This document shows, piece after piece, positions 25,102 to 37,381 of a DNA stretch of 64,000 bases. Source of the DNA: Antedon mediterranea (Eukaryota > Animalia > Echinodermata); contig NC_092672.1 of assembly GCF_964355755.1 (NCBI RefSeq), positions 24,069,237-24,133,236 of the forward strand. Reading direction: 5' to 3'. The first letter of the stretch is position 1. Each line of letters begins with the position of its first letter. The position numbers and the translations under genes are program-made. The notes below the pieces were generated by a model that was given only the letters and a program-made list of their open reading frames with translations, ran no database searches and was not told the DNA's origin.

Positions 25102-25172
25102 GGTTTCACCAGGGCTCTAACCGGGACCTTCTGCGTGTTAAGCAGACTTGACAATCACTACACTACGAAACC
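25102..25172 (-). pseudogene. tRNA-Val(AAC)-derived pseudogene
   Basis: Reverse complement GGTTTCGTAGTGTAGTGATTGTCAAGTCTGCTTAACACGCAGAAGGTCCCGGTTAGAGCCCTGGTGAAACC. Acceptor and anticodon stems pair; the D and T arms are mutated. Confidence 0.8.
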
Positions 25173-25388
25173 CACTTACACTAAAAATGTGGGTTACAGA
25201 AAGTTTTTTAATCCATTTAAATTACAAATAAATATGGTAATAAGCACAAAGAAAAATAAACATGTGTAAAAGTGATAATTACCGATTACACAAAATAAGT
25301 ATTTTAAAAAATAATAAAAATAAGATATACTGTGTATGATTATCATATTGCGTATACAGTACTTTTCACCATAAAGTTAAAAAAAAAA

Positions 25389-25460
25389 GGTTTCGTCCGG
25401 GCTCGAACCAGGTACCTTCTGCGTGTTAAGCAAACGTGATAACCACTACGCCAAGAAGCC
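25389..25460 (-). pseudogene. tRNA-Val(AAC)-derived pseudogene with intact A and B boxes
   Basis: Reverse complement GGCTTCTTGGCGTAGTGGTTATCACGTTTGCTTAACACGCAGAAGGTACCTGGTTCGAGCCCGGACGAAACC, followed by T10. Two acceptor-stem mismatches. Confidence 0.82.
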
Positions 25461-26372
25461 GCATATAACCATATAACTACATAACGCTGTGGTGTGTGTC
25501 ACACATTTTGGCTTCTTAATTAAACAAATTAATTAACAAAAAATTATATATAGCTTTGAGGACATTTCCCTGTAGTATATTCATGCCAAATCCCAGCTCA
25601 ATACTACAACTAATAATGGAGGAGTAGTACTTTAAAAATCGCACTTTTTACTCAATAGTGTCCAGATGGAGGAGGAGAAAATGAGTAAGTCCTAGACTCG
25701 GGTACCCCGAGTAAAAAATTGAGATTCGGTATAATAATGATAAAATAGTATTTTGCATTATAAGATGGTTTGTTTAATTCTTTGATAAAATTGTATAGTT
25801 TTACATTGATAAAGTCATTTTGAACATAATATTGCAAACCTTGTTTGCTTTTTTACCTAAAATGGTAATTCATGTTGGTTTGTTGTTCAACTAAATGATA
25901 AAAACAAAGGAAACACTATTGTCATGCTATGTTGTAATTGGTATAGAATCCATTGAATTGTACTTGTTATCACTATATAAATAATGATATAAAAGTGTTT
26001 GGTCTTCTGTACAACAACCACTTGCATTCAACTTTTGAAGAGGAAACGTTGCATTAGATTTTTTGGATTTCTTTTATTTTAGCATTACCACTGTAAGTGT
26101 ACATAGTACTTGTAGGTCTAAATAATGTTATAATTTTATTTGATAGAGGAAGCATTATTTAAAGAAATTGTTGATAGAGTAGAAATTGGATTGTATATGT
26201 ACTGTATTTCAACATGTTTAGCACTTGTAGTATTTATGTATTTATTAATGCACTATCATGTTTACTCTATAAACTCTACAAACCTTTATTTAAATTGAGA
26301 AATTGTCTTTTTTTATGTTATTACATTGTTAACCCTTTTTTGCTTTGTTTTTTGTAAATCAATTGCAGTACA

Positions 26373-26426
26373 ATGGATCAACTGAAAAAAAAACTTGTTG
26401 CTATATGCACCTTCAATGGCATTGAG
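26373..26426 (+). CDS. Probable first coding exon of gene 2 (MDQLKKKLVAICTFNGIE)
   Basis: Acceptor ...AATTGCAG| at 26368, ATG in ACAATGG context, and donor GAG|GTAGGT in phase 0. The peptide resembles an ankyrin N-cap. Confidence 0.6.
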
Positions 26427-26935
26427 GTAGGTACTGTTACCTTTACACTGTTTTAGGATAATACATAAAGAACTTGTTGCTATATGCACCTTCAATGGCA
26501 TTGAGGTAGGTACTGTTACCTTTACACTGTTTTGAATAATACATTAAAGAACTTGTTGCTATATGCACCTTCAATGGCATTGAGGTAGGTAGCTTGGCAC
26601 TGTTTTGAATAATACATTAAAGAACTTGTTGCTATATGCACCTTCAATGGCATTGAGGTAGGTATTGTAGCTTGGCACTGTTTTGAATAATACATTAAAG
26701 AACTTGTTGCTATATGCACCTTCAACTGCATTGAGGTAGGTACTGTAGCTTGGCACTGTTTTAGGATAATACATTAAAGAACTTGTTGCTATATGCACCT
26801 TCAATTGGCATTGATGTAGGTACTGTAGCTTTACACTGTTTTAGGATAATACATTAAAGAACGTGTTGCTAAATGCACCTTCAATTGGCATTGAGGTAGG
26901 TACTGTAGCTTTATTACTGTTTTAGGATAATACAT
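26390..26935. repeat. ~79-bp tandem repeat (7 copies) derived from the exon/intron junction
   Basis: CTTGTTGCTATATGCACCTTCAATGGCATTGAGGTAGGT recurs at 26394, 26473, 26552, 26625, 26703, 26782 and 26862. Confidence 0.95.
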
Positions 26936-27308
26936 TTTAACTAGCAACAATTAACTTAAAAGTAATTAATGCTTTGGAAACAAAAGAGAAATAAAATAAG
27001 TACTAATTAACAAACACAATTGTTGCCCATGACAGTGACTTATTTGTATTAGTAAATAAATTTGTATAAAATATATCATCATATTCTTAATAATATGTAT
27101 TTGCTCATTTGACTGGCACTTTTTATTATTATGTGGTTGTGAGGTCAAATTTATCTTAATATATTATTTGACTACTATATAATGACTATATTAATACAAC
27201 ATACAAGTGATCACTGTTGTCTATTCTATATTCCTTGTGATAATTCCTTATATGATATTAATGCAATTGAATACTGTATTAATATACTATCTGTTCACAT
27301 GTTTTTAG

Positions 27309-27389
27309 ATGCCAAATATAGACCAAAGCAATCCTGTTGACATCTGTCAATATTTAATTCAATGTGAAGCACAGGACGTCCAGGATGAG
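27309..27389 (+). CDS. Exon of gene 2 (MPNIDQSNPVDICQYLIQCEAQDVQDE; partial ankyrin repeat)
   Basis: Acceptor GTTTTTAG| and donor GAG|GTAAAC; 81 nt, phase 0/0. DICQYLIQ parallels DICHFLIE in the 37283 exon. Confidence 0.7.
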
Positions 27390-27670
27390 GTAAACATCAG
27401 TTATTATTTCTTTCATTGTAATCGTTTTAGGATTACTCATAGTAATTTTCTTAATAAGGATATAAATTTATGTATAAATAATGTATATTTATTATATTTC
27501 TAGTTGAAACGTAGATTTGATAAAATTTTTGTCTTTTACAACGACAACATTTAGCGTTTACTATCGAAATTTGTGGAATCACAGGGTATTTTCACACACT
27601 CGCGCTGTTCAACTGGATTCCGGGTCCTGTAACTTCCCGCAAAATGGCCGTTGGTGGCGAAATTCAATAT

Positions 27671-29186
27671 TTTTATTCGTCGATAAGTCCAGAAAATGCA
27701 AATAAACGGCAAAATGAAAACTCTTGATATAATTTGAATTATGAAATAGGGAGGCTGAAATGACAGGCTTTTACTTTACGTCTAATTCCAATTTGATTTT
27801 AGTTAGTAGTACTTAATTAGTTAGTAACTAATATTTATTTATTGTTGAAGGCCTTTACTTTTACGTAAACTAGGCCTACAATGTGATTTTGCGAGCGCAG
27901 CGAGCAACTGTAGGCTGGGGACCGGCAAGAAGGCCCCTGGAAGCTTTGGCTCTCGACAGAGCAATTTCGGTTGTTTTAATCAGCTTACACAGACATTTTT
28001 ACCTACTAAAATCTGAGTTATGCAGAGAAATTATATAGTACACTACAGTATGGAAGTTATTAGTACTGAAATACAGCTTTATTGTTACAACAAAGTACAT
28101 TATATTAGGCTCTTAAATAATTTCTTGTCCTACTATAAACATTAAAAAACACATATGTAGGAGGCCTACGTACATGTACCAATTTAACTCGGCACCATTT
28201 TTATTCAAGTTTACACAATTGAAATTCTTTGGTTTAATCATGGACCTATAGGTCCATGGTTTAATGAAAAATATTTCCAGGAAAAATGTATAAATACATA
28301 AATTATGTTGTTACAATGCATGATAAAAGTACAATTGGGCCCAAAAAGATTGAACTGAACTGAATGTGATGTTGTGCGTCCTGAAAAACCCAGCCGAAGC
28401 ACGCGATTGGTTAGTCAATTTTTCTGTCATAATATAATATTTATAACCATCATCTCTCAACAATCTCTCAATCTCACGCTCAGTAAAATGACCAAAAAAT
28501 CTGCTATAATTGATAATTAAATGCACAGTTTTGGAAGTGGGGCCTTTGTTTTTCAAGGGGAGGGGAGGGGTGGTTCGCTGGTAAAGGGGGGTTCGCCCCC
28601 CCCCCCCAAAAAAAAAAACCTGGTTACGGGCCTGGATATATAAGTAGGCTACGAAAGTTATTTGATCATTTTGTTCCAAAATTAACAAGATGCTCTTGTC
28701 ATGATTTATTGTGATACAAATGTTAAAGCACTGCTCACCCTGTCACCCACTTGATAAACTATGCTTTTGGTCTCTTGGTACGGTTTCAGTGATTGATGAC
28801 CCCTATTCGGTTTCCTCCTGTGTGTAACATTTAGATAATAATATAATATATATTTATGTATACTGTTCTTTACTATTATATTAATTGCATCTTACGTTTT
28901 TATGATTAGTACCAATTGTTGTAAGTTTTTACATGACTACAGGAGAATTAATGTACATTTCGTTTACAAATAATTAAATATATTGAGGAACTTTTCATTG
29001 CCCTGGAAGCGATATTTTTGGCGTACATAATTTACAGACCACCATGAAACATCACAAAATCAACATGCATTACTCATCAGTCATATGCATATGTGTCACC
29101 CGGGCCTCTAATTCCAGAGGCGTTGGCCATGTTTTCGAGAACCATTTGGGTACACTCACTGGAGGGTGCGTGAGCGAAGCCTCTAG
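27671..29186 (+). mobile_element. Helitron/Helentron-like element of the same family as 3774-4022, expanded by internal insertions
   Basis: Shared head TTATTCGTCGATAAGTCCAGAAAAT and tail TTCCAGAGGCGTTGGCCATGTTT...CTAG-TT. It contains a hAT-like MITE end (CCTGGTTACGGGCCTG, ~28619-28634). Confidence 0.45.
28239..28258. mobile_element. 20-bp perfect palindrome with target-site duplication (P-element-like footprint)
   Basis: CATGGACCTATAGGTCCATG is flanked by GTTTAAT on both sides. Confidence 0.7.
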
Positions 29187-29859
29187 TTATTATAATTTGT
29201 CTCCTATATTCAGAATCATTTCAAAGATATTTAATTGTGTTTATATTATCCTCATCCTGCAGATACTGAAGTTGTTACATATAATCAAAGTACAGTCGTT
29301 TCAGTACATATTAGACAATGGTCATGTTCTGAATTATTTTAATCTTCATGTTTCGTGTTTTTGAGGGACAATACATCTTTAAAGTATCTCAATTATAAAT
29401 ACAGAACATAGGATAATTTAACTTTACTTCATTCTAATACTATTAAAAAAAATGAATATTATGGATAATCATTAAACTGGACTGACATTACTGAAAAATA
29501 TAAATATATTTTTTTAGCACTAATTTCTAAAAAGTTATATTAATCCTCAAAAGACAGTAAAATTGTATTTTCACTTTAAATCAACTTTTAGACAATTACA
29601 AAGCTGTATTTTTTATGAGGACACTTAAATGGTAATTTTAATTTTTAACATGTTAGGAATTTACTAAAATGTAGATTGGGCTACCAAATGTTTATTATGT
29701 TTTAATGAATTTTCCAGTCATTTTTATTACCCTGTACATAAATTCTATTAATGTTTCCTGTAGGTAGTCTACAAGATGATTATTTTTTAGAGAAGGAAAT
29801 GTATTTTGACTAATGTGATGTATCTTGAAAAAAAATCATAATTTACTTTTATTTATTTA

Positions 29860-32720
29860 TATCATGCGTCTGTCTTCTTCTGAGTTGTTTGTACACGCCG
29901 ATTTCTGTATCAAATATGTCTAGGCCTAGGCCTGTATCAATTGCAATATCCTACGCCAGGAATGAACTGTTGCGGCTCAGGCGTCACGATAGCCCGAAAC
30001 CTGAAGGCTATTGTCAGTTTCTACGGGAAGTCAAGTTAAGGAAAAAGGGTAAAGGTGGAGGTATTCGAAAGCGCCTTAGAAAACGTAAGTCTAAACCTCC
30101 ACTTCCATCGATGATTTTAGAAAATGTGAGATCTCCGTCAAATAAAATCGATGAACTCCGAGCATGTTCTAAACACATGTTTGAATACAGAGAAGTTTCA
30201 GTGATGTGTTTCACAGAGGCATGGCTTAATAATAATATTATTGACAGCGAATTAGTACAAAGTAATTTTGAATTAGCTAGAGTGGATAAAACGATAGAGT
30301 CGGAAAAAAAAACGAGGAAGATCAGGAGTATGTTTTTATATAAATAAAGCATGGTGTAGTAACTGGAGGATACGTAAACAACTCTGTACGCCGGATATAG
30401 AATTACTGACCATAAGTGCAAGACCCTTCTATCTACCACGAGAATTTTCTCAAATTTCCCTTACAGTGTGCTACATACAGCCAAATGCAAATATTGATAA
30501 TGCGAGTGAGACTATTTCCAGTACTGTTCACCGGTATGAAACAATGGCACCGGACGCTCCACAAATAATTCTAGGAGACTTCAACAAATGCACTTTGAAG
30601 GATGTGCTACCTACTTATGAACAAGCAATCTCTGTAGAAACAAGAGGCAGTGCTACACTGGACTTATGCTACTGCAATGTGAAAAAAGCATACACAAGCA
30701 AAATCTGTTCAAAACTTGGAAATTCTGATCATAACAATATACATATTATGCCAAAATACAAGTCAAAAGTAAAACAGTCAAAACCCAGTAGTTATACAAC
30801 AGCAGTTGTGGAGTACAGAGGTGGTTGAAAAGTTGCGTGGCTGTCTAGCATGTACTGATTGGGATATTATGCTCGATGATGATGATACTCTTGATGTAAG
30901 TGTATCTACAATCTCAGCATACATATCCTTTTGTGTTGATATGGTTATACCTAAAGTAACAAAAAAGATGTATGCAAATGAAAAACCATGGAGCTCTAAC
31001 CAACTAAGGAAACTGTTACAAGATAAGCGTATAGCGCATAGAGGAAAAGATACTCCTAAAGTCAAAGAAATTCAAAAGGAAATAAACAAGTATATAAAAA
31101 ATAGCAAACTGAAATACAAAAAAACACTAGAAAATAAATTTAAAGACAAAAACCCTAAAGCAGCATGGAAAGCAATTAAAACACTAACTGGCTACAAAGA
31201 AACCATATTGCGTGTACATGGAAGTGAGAACTTCGCTAATGACTTAAACAACTTTTTCTGTCGTTTTGAATCCGAGATATTAGTTACCAAAAATAAAAAT
31301 GAAGTAAACAATGCAGTCATAAATGTAGTTGATGTGGGTAATGTATTCGCCAAAGTAAAGCCTGGTAAAAGTACTGGCCCTGATGGAATTGGAAATCGTG
31401 TTATTAAATACTGCAACCAAGGTAGGAGTTGGCACCGATATATGCCAAACTTTTTAATGAGAGTTTAGCAAGTGGTACAGTGCCCAACCAATGGAAAACG
31501 GCCTGTATCTTACGAATTCCCAAGGAACTTAATGACTATAGGCCAATAGCTATCACATCCAATGCTGGTAAGTGCCTAGAAAAGATTGTACTCAGGCAGT
31601 TGCTTGATGAGACCAATTTCTTTTCTCGATCCTCTCCAATTTGCCAATCAGAGTAATAGAAGTGTTGAAGATGCTGTGCTCTTCCACTTACATAATATTT
31701 ACCAACATTTAGATGTGCCTAAATCATATGTAAGATGTTTGTATATAGATTTTTCTAGTGCTTTTAATACCGTTGAACCTGGTTCATTAGTAAGCAAACT
31801 TAAAGAAATGAACGTAAACGACACATTGACTTCATGGATATATAATTTCTTAACAAAAAGGTTCCAGTATGTTAAACTAAACGGTATTTTATCTGATAAA
31901 AGAACTGTTAGCATTGGCACGCCACAAGGGTCTGTTATCTCCCCAATGTTGTTTTCACTGTTCACCAGCAGTTTCAGAGCCAATTCAAATGAATGTTGTA
32001 TAGTAAAATATGCAGATGACACAGTCATCACTGGATACATTACTGGCAATGATGAAACAAGCTATAGACAACTAGGATGTGATTTTTATCACTGGTGCTG
32101 CAATAACAACCTGAAACTAAACATAAAGAAAACAAAAGAAATGCAAATTGATTTTAGGAAAATTAAAGAACCCTTAGAACCTCTGATTATAAATGAAAAT
32201 GAGATTGAAGTAGTAAATGAGTACAAATATCTGGGTTGTATAATTGACAATAAGCTAAATTGGATAAACAATGTAAATAAAGCCACATGCAAAGCCAACC
32301 AAAGGAGGTTTATTTAAAAAAAAATGAAGTACCTACAAATTGACAAAACTATACTTAAATTGTTTTATAACTCTGTAATTCTCAGTGTAATACTTTTTTG
32401 TAATGTTTGTTTTTATGGTAATACAATGCAAAAAGATAAAATTTAACGTAATCGAATAGGAAATAGAGCAATTAGACTAGTAGGAGAGCACTTACCTGAT
32501 GTTGAATCCTTGTATAATGAAAATGTGTTAAAAAAAAGTAAAAAGTATCATTGATGTTGAAACACATCCTTTTTACAAACAATTTGCCCTCATGAATTCT
32601 GACATAAGACTACGTGCACTTAATACCAAAACAAAACGGTTTAGGTGCTCTTTTGTACCTAATGCTATACACTTATATAACTCCAGAGTACAAAGATAAA
32701 ATGTAACCGCTTTTGTTTAT
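29860..32720 (+). mobile_element. Near full-length, frameshifted Rex1/Babar-type non-LTR retrotransposon (APE endonuclease + reverse transcriptase) in an intron of gene 2
   Basis: ORF fragments 29889-32317 carry NVRSPSNKIDEL, CFTEAWL, LGDFN, TLDLCY, LGNSDH, GPDGI, YRPIAITS, DPLQFA, IDFSSAFNT, GTPQGSVISP, KYADDT and YKYLG. The C-terminal HPF...RFRCSFVPNAIHLYN ends at ~32699. Confidence 0.95.
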
Positions 32721-32724
32721 TTTT

Positions 32725-33200
32725 ATAGCTCACGCACTCCGTAACTAATAGAATATATAAAAATATTTTGGGTCATTTTCTTGTAAAAGTTCTTATAGGA
32801 CTGAATAGAAACATATACCTTCAGATTAATTTGAGCCCTATTTAAAGTTTGTCCAACTATTAGTTACGGAGTTATATGATATGTAGGTCAAAGGTCAAAT
32901 ATGCCAAAAATCATACTTCCAGCCATTTTTGGACAAACTTTTCCATTAGAACGAATATTAATATGCATCTCCCAAATAATTTGACACTAAAATTATTTCA
33001 TTTAATCTAAGCGTTGCAAAGATATGATCATTTTGTTTTCAATGGGTCAAAACATTCAAATTGAGGTCAGAGGTCAAAGATGAATTTTAGAAATTTGACA
33101 ACATGGGTTTTTATAACCAGCATGATTCAAATATTCATAAAACACAATGTTTACACTTTCCCCATGATCTGCACACGAAAATACATAGGGATCTGGACTA
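32725..33200. mobile_element. Fragment of a non-autonomous DNA element (AGGTCAAAGGTCA motifs; right end ...GGGATCTGGACTA, possibly Academ-like)
   Basis: Internal inverted repeat ACTCCGTAACTAATAG / CTATTAGTTACGGAGT. Only one terminus is seen. Confidence 0.35.
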
Positions 33201-33384
33201 GAATGTAGATTTACAACATTTACACCATAGGCTTTGCACATTTCAATGCTATATTAAAAATAATAATTCAGTTGTTTGATGGAAAATAAGTTTGTTAAGA
33301 TCAATTGACCAGAACATATGATAGCTTAGTCATTTGGCAGGATTAACACAATTCTAACATTTTAATGTTTTAATATTTCAATAG

Positions 33385-33483
33385 GATGGTACATCAGCAT
33401 TGGGGTTGGCTGCATTATTTGGTAATATAAACATATGCAAAATATTGGTGGATGCTGGAGCTAATGTGAACCTTAAAAATAAA
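33385..33483 (+). CDS. Ankyrin-repeat exon of gene 2 (DGTSALGLAALFGNINICKILVDAGANVNLKNK)
   Basis: Acceptor TTTCAATAG| and donor AAA|GTAAGT; exactly 99 nt, phase 0/0, one 33-aa ankyrin repeat. Confidence 0.93.
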
Positions 33484-35024
33484 GTAAGTCATTTTATATT
33501 ATTTAACATTTCAAACAAGTAAAAGTTAATGTAATACTAATTCACTGCATATTTTGACAGCTACATTATTGTAAGAATAGGCAGAGTAGTATCAATAGTA
33601 ACATGTTTATTCCCTGATATGTATAACTACAGATATGAAAATAATTACAAGTATGTACATTAAAACTACAGTTTAAAAAAATTACACTTTTTTTTGTATT
33701 TAAACATTTGTTCTACCAAACATAGTGTAGTTGTGCAAGGAATGTTTATAAATAGCAATATATGAATTTAATTATTAAACATTTAAGTGTCTCCAAATAA
33801 TAAGAGGAAAGATATGATTCAAGGTTTCCGTCTTTATTGGATCATCATCATCATGATCATCAGGAATGACAATAATTTCACAGGGAAACAATAATAATAC
33901 AATGAAAGTATGCAAATGAGGAAAGATAAACAAAGTAATTACATATATGTAATAGTAATACCTTGATTTTAGTTTTAGATCTCAAATATTTTATTCTTAA
34001 AATCTATTTTTTAATTGAGCACTTTATACCTTTAAGCTTAAACTTGGCAAATGTTATAGTTTTTTGTTATAGGGCCTGTTTCTGCTCAGCAGAAATAATC
34101 GATTATTAACCGATTATTTTTTTAATCGATTATTTTTGTGCAGCAAAACGGTGCAAAATAAAATAACCGATTAAAAATAACCGATTAAAAACACTCCGGA
34201 ACAGTTTTGAGCTGCAACACAAATATCGATTATTGACAACACTTTGACCTCTAGAGTATGGTAACCATCACTCACAGAGCATGCTGTTTATTTGGGCGAT
34301 TGACGATCGACGATCAACAAAACAATGATGTGGACCGAACATTTGATTGTTATTATTTTTGAGGGAGAATTATACCGAGAGGATTCTGCATTACAAGTAC
34401 ACCGTTACATCTCTCCCAGTACAGGCTAACAATGTTTTGCATGTCCTTTTTTAGGCCTGTTGTTTTCGGTAGAAGTTATCCCAGCTACTAGGCTAGGCAG
34501 AGTAGAACCAACAACGAAACGAACTTTCTCGCCGACGTGCCTTTATTAATACATCATTATTCTGTTGTATGTAGGTAGTAGGCCTAGATGTTTATATTAC
34601 AAATAATAAAGCTTTACGTAAGAGTTCAATTTTTTATTTTAAAATTTTAATTAAATTCAGACCTCTCCTGATAATCATGGGAGTTTCTTGATATTTCATT
34701 TCATCATCTGCTTTTCCGTAAAAAAAAAAGATTTCTGATTTTTTGGATAATTCAAAAAATGTCCTGACAATGTATATTTCTACTACTAGTATGAGAATAG
34801 ATATAGATAAAGATAATAAAAAAACAAGAATATTGACTTGTAAGATATTTATAGTAAACTACTCAAGCCCGTAGCCAGGATTTTTAAAGGGGGGTTCTTT
34901 TTCAAAAGTATGAGAATAGATATAGATAAGATAATAGAAAACAAGAATATTTATAGTATTGCTTAATAGGGGACAATTCAGTCATTCAGCACTCGGGTAA
35001 CAAACTCGCATGATGAATATACAT

Positions 35025-35683
35025 GCTATCCTTCCCTATATATCAACTTCTGTAGTTTGGCCATGCTATCCCTCCCTATATATATCAACTTCTGTAGTTT
35101 GGCCATGTTATCCCTCCATATATATATATCAACTTCTGTAGTTTGGCCATGTTATCCCTCCCTATATATATCAACTTCTGTAGTTTGGCCATGCTATCCC
35201 TCCCTATATATATCAACTTCTGTAGTTTGGCCATGTTATCCCTCCCTATATATATCAACTTATGTAGTTTGGCCATGCTATCCCTCCCTATATATATCAA
35301 CTTCTGTAGTTTGGCCATGCTATCCCTCCCTATATATATCAACTTCTGTAGTTTGGCCATGTTATCCCTCCCTATATATATCAACTTCTGTAGTTTGGCC
35401 ATGCTATCCCTCCCTATATATATCAACTTCTGTAGTTTGGCCATGCTATCCCTCCCTATATATATCAACTTCTGTAGTTTGGCCATGCTATCCCTCCCTA
35501 TATATATATCAACTTCTGTAGTTTGGCCATGCTATTCCTCCCTATATATATCAACTTCTGTAGTTTGGCCATGCTATCCCTCCCTATATATACCAACTTC
35601 TGTAGTTGGCCATGCTATCCCTCCCTATATATATATATCAACATCTGTAGTTTGGCCATGCTATCCCTCTCTATATATATATT
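35025..35683. repeat. 42-bp minisatellite, ~15 copies
   Basis: Unit ATCAACTTCTGTAGTTTGGCCATGCTATCCCTCCCTATATAT; it explains the repetitive ORFs at 35057-35741. Confidence 0.97.
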
Positions 35684-37282
35684 TCCAAGTTGTGAAGTCT
35701 GTACATTTTGCACATTGTACACTGAATCATTAATACATTAAAAAATAATTACCGTATTTATTTGAATAAATCTCCCTCTCCCTCATCCTAAAAATAAAAA
35801 TAAACATTCCAAATAGAACATTGTTTGAAAACTACCCCCATCCTATGCATACACACAATATTGTATTGTAACTCATTTTTATTTTTAGTAGAATTCATTA
35901 TCTTCCATGATCTACATAATTACCAAATACTTGATCTATTTTTTAATGTATTTTTTCACTATTTTATATTAATTGTGTTTTTTTTCTTCATATCTAGTGA
36001 TATTTATTTCATTATACAGGCTACCATAAAAAAAATGAATGCCTCTTTCAAATAAACGCCTCTCTCGCAAACACGCCCTTTTACAAACCATCTAAAACAG
36101 TAAATACCCTGGTGCTTTTAACAATTGTTTGATTTGCTAAAGCATTGAATCATCTATTTCTTATGAAACCTGTTGCATGTTCCTTTTTGCCTTTTTAAAA
36201 CTGTACAATAAAGCTAGGTGCATATTTTATAGGATACCCCATAAATTGAATAGTGAGAAAAAATAAATAAAGACCATTTATTTCTTTTTAGAATAAATCA
36301 GCATCCTCAATATTTCTCACATTCAAAATCTAATTTGAATTATTAATTATTTATTATTATTATTATTCCAAATTCTTCAATAGGCCTACTGTTTTGATAT
36401 TTACAATCTTAAATTGAACGTTGCCAACTCTAAAGTTCTTGCAATTAACAGAACTTTCCAATTTAACTTTTTATTCATAATACTGTACAACATTTTTTAA
36501 ATCAAATGTTCTACAGTAAATGTGACGAAAAAATAGTCTCTATTTGTTAGCTAAAATTTAAAACCCAATGTGAGTTTGAAAGCAGAGGCTTGTTTTGTGT
36601 ACTTAATATAAACTAATGTAGAAAAATACATATATTACAGTGGCTCAACTGTGGAGTTAAATTTGTTCTAGAATAGTATTTCTTGAGTTTATTAAATCAT
36701 CAAGTAATTTGATAAACATTGAACAATAACAATTTATTTAAAAGTTGTTAAAAAATAAATGATATGGTGATAGAGTGGAATAATTCTAGATACTATTAAG
36801 CCATTTCCATACAGTAATAGCCTTATTCAGTTTAATTAAAACTGTATATTTTAATTTTAATATGCAGTTTTTTTTAATTGTTTGTGTTCACGTTTATAAT
36901 TTTTGAACAAATTTGTAGGTTTACAATCTAATTTTGAAGTGTGTATCCATATCTTTTATGTATTTTTGTGTAATATTTTCAAACTTTTAGCTATCCGTCT
37001 ACTTATGTATTGGTATACCCAAAAATAAGTAGTTTAATCAAGTGTATGATACACTACACGAAACAGTAGCTGTTATATTGGTTCGATGGGGTTTGCTATG
37101 TTTTTTGGAAGTTTGTGGGGTTTAGAAATTATTTTAAACCAAAAAATGATTTTTACCCCAAAAGTAAGTAAATTAGCAATGATCATACAGTTATCATTTT
37201 CAACTACATTTTGATAAATTTGTCTTTTAATACAGTAACAATACATCTACCTTTGTATAACATCTGTACTTAACATTTTCAG

Positions 37283-37381
37283 TATGGAATGTCACCTTTG
37301 CATATTGCTAGTAGAAAGGGACACAAGGATATCTGCCATTTTCTAATTGAAGCAGGATCCAATATCCATCTTGTTAGTCAA
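37283..37381 (+). CDS. Ankyrin-repeat exon of gene 2 (YGMSPLHIASRKGHKDICHFLIEAGSNIHLVSQ)
   Basis: Acceptor CATTTTCAG| and donor CAA|GTAAGT; 99 nt, phase 0/0, with canonical G-x-SPLHIA...GH...L motifs. Confidence 0.95.

Larger units (their letters stand above)
24099..25630. mobile_element. Composite repeat (probably a Helentron/DINE-like non-autonomous family) with duplicated modules carrying tRNA-Val-derived segments
   Basis: Head AAGCACGAATGTGCAATACTCGGGGTACAG at ~24102 and ~25023. Module TATAGCTTTGAGGACAT...CTCAATACTACAAC at ~24273 and ~25549. Module TTACCGATTACACAAAATAA... at ~24350 and ~25279. Confidence 0.6.

Noticed and set aside
24877-25460. Functional tRNA-Val genes
   Set aside because: Each copy has stem mismatches or loop defects, so they are called pseudogenes.
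30014-32298. Minus-strand ORFs over the LINE
   Set aside because: They are antisense shadows of the + strand APE/RT coding sequence.
29889-32317. Domesticated or bacterial-type reverse transcriptase system (retron, DGR, group II intron)
   Set aside because: The APE endonuclease plus RT with multiple frameshifts is an ordinary dead non-LTR retrotransposon.
34070-34240. hAT-like left end (TAGGG... with AA(C/T)CGATTA subterminal repeats)
   Set aside because: No matching right end or TSD was found, so it could not be delimited.
35057-35741. Long repetitive ORFs on both strands
   Set aside because: They arise from a 42-bp minisatellite that is open in several frames; no splice or protein signature.
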